From NCBI GenBank assembly GCA_013265495.1, contig MU058824.1, positions 5,785,245-5,849,244 on the forward strand: 64,000 nucleotides of DNA. Reading direction: 5' to 3'. Positions within the stretch are counted from its first letter, which is position 1; every line of letters starts with the position of its first letter. The notes under the pieces were generated by a model. The model worked only from the letters and a program-made list of their open reading frames with translations. It had not been told where the DNA came from and did no database searches. Positions 63,206 to 64,000 of this stretch are shown here, one piece after another. Both the position numbers and the translations under genes were made by a program. Source of the DNA: Vicugna vicugna. Its lineage: Eukaryota.

Positions 63206-64000
63206 AATCTGAAGAAATCAGTAGTCTCTTCATTTAGAAAATAAATCAGTTAGTAATTAGTACATGATTGGTATACCCATTGCCAAAAAGACAACAGAGC
63301 ATACACAGAAAAGTGATTCACTCTATGGTTAATAAAAAATGATACACAAGGCCATTTGTAAAACTTGGAAAAGAGAGTCAGGCATCTAGAAAATGAAGAG
63401 AGTACCACATCACACCCACCGCGTCTCTCTGTCAGATACAGCCCAAAGTGTGAAAGTCCCGGGGAGATGCCAAACAGACACAAAGCTAGTGCAATTTACT
63501 ATGTGGAGAGGCCACCCTCCTCTTTATGTTAGAATGAGGCCCAGGGTTTGTATGAACTTCAGTTGATTGATCTACAAACCTGGGTCTGTAGGTTGGAAGT
63601 AGCAAAAGAATAAGACCACATTCTGGTGAAGTGGCCCCTCAACACCTCGGAAGGAGACAGCAGAGTTCACTGTCAGCTCCCAAGGCATCTGAAATGCAGC
63701 CAGAGTACAGCACTCATTTAATGTAGTAAGTTATGTTAGTAATGAGGGGCTTGCATTCTGCAGAAAGCTGTAATCATGTTGAATAACTTGTGTTCAAGAA
63801 GGCATCAAACTAGAGAACCTATTTTATTAAAATGTACATGGTGATAGTCAATCCAAAAAAGAATAGTGCCAAAGGAACTATATCAACATTTTACTTTAGT
63901 CCTCAGAGCTATGACTCCACTCTCCTCTCTGAGTGTGGAGCATACATATGGGAACACTTCTCAAGAACTGGAAGGTAGGGAACATCACCCCTACTTCTCC

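Noticed and set aside
1..64000. CRISPR arrays, operons, tRNA/rRNA/snRNA genes, NUMTs
   Set aside because: This is mammalian repeat-rich DNA. I saw no repeat-spacer periodicity and no recognisable structural RNA or mitochondrial sequence.

Overview
AT-rich mammalian non-coding DNA (intron or intergenic). I recognise no intact protein-coding gene, RNA gene or CpG island, and I cannot identify the locus. The young L1 3' ends are of cetartiodactyl type and I saw no Bov-A/Bov-tA, CHR or PRE-1 SINEs, which tentatively suggests a camelid (inference). Much of the window is interspersed repeat: L1 of several ages, L2, MIR, CR1/L3, MaLR (MLT1), ERVL, ERV1 LTRs, Tigger1, MER53 and MER5. Most listed ORFs are chance ORFs or decayed transposon fragments. 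The best-supported oddities are: (1) a 261-bp retrocopy of an unidentified mRNA 3' end with a perfect 13-bp target-site duplication (TSD) inside an MLT1 LTR; (2) a perfect 26-bp-arm hairpin apparently made by template switching; (3) a 43-bp templated insertion copied from 2.1 kb away; (4) a compact L1 with its 5' and 3' ends joined and a CpG-rich MER41-like LTR nested inside; (5) a MER53 hairpin carrying a miR-1302-like sequence; (6) a candidate first exon near 31.1 kb. I found no convincing novel multi-gene system. Repeat subfamily names come from recall of consensus sequences, boundaries are approximate, and both need RepeatMasker/Dfam confirmation.
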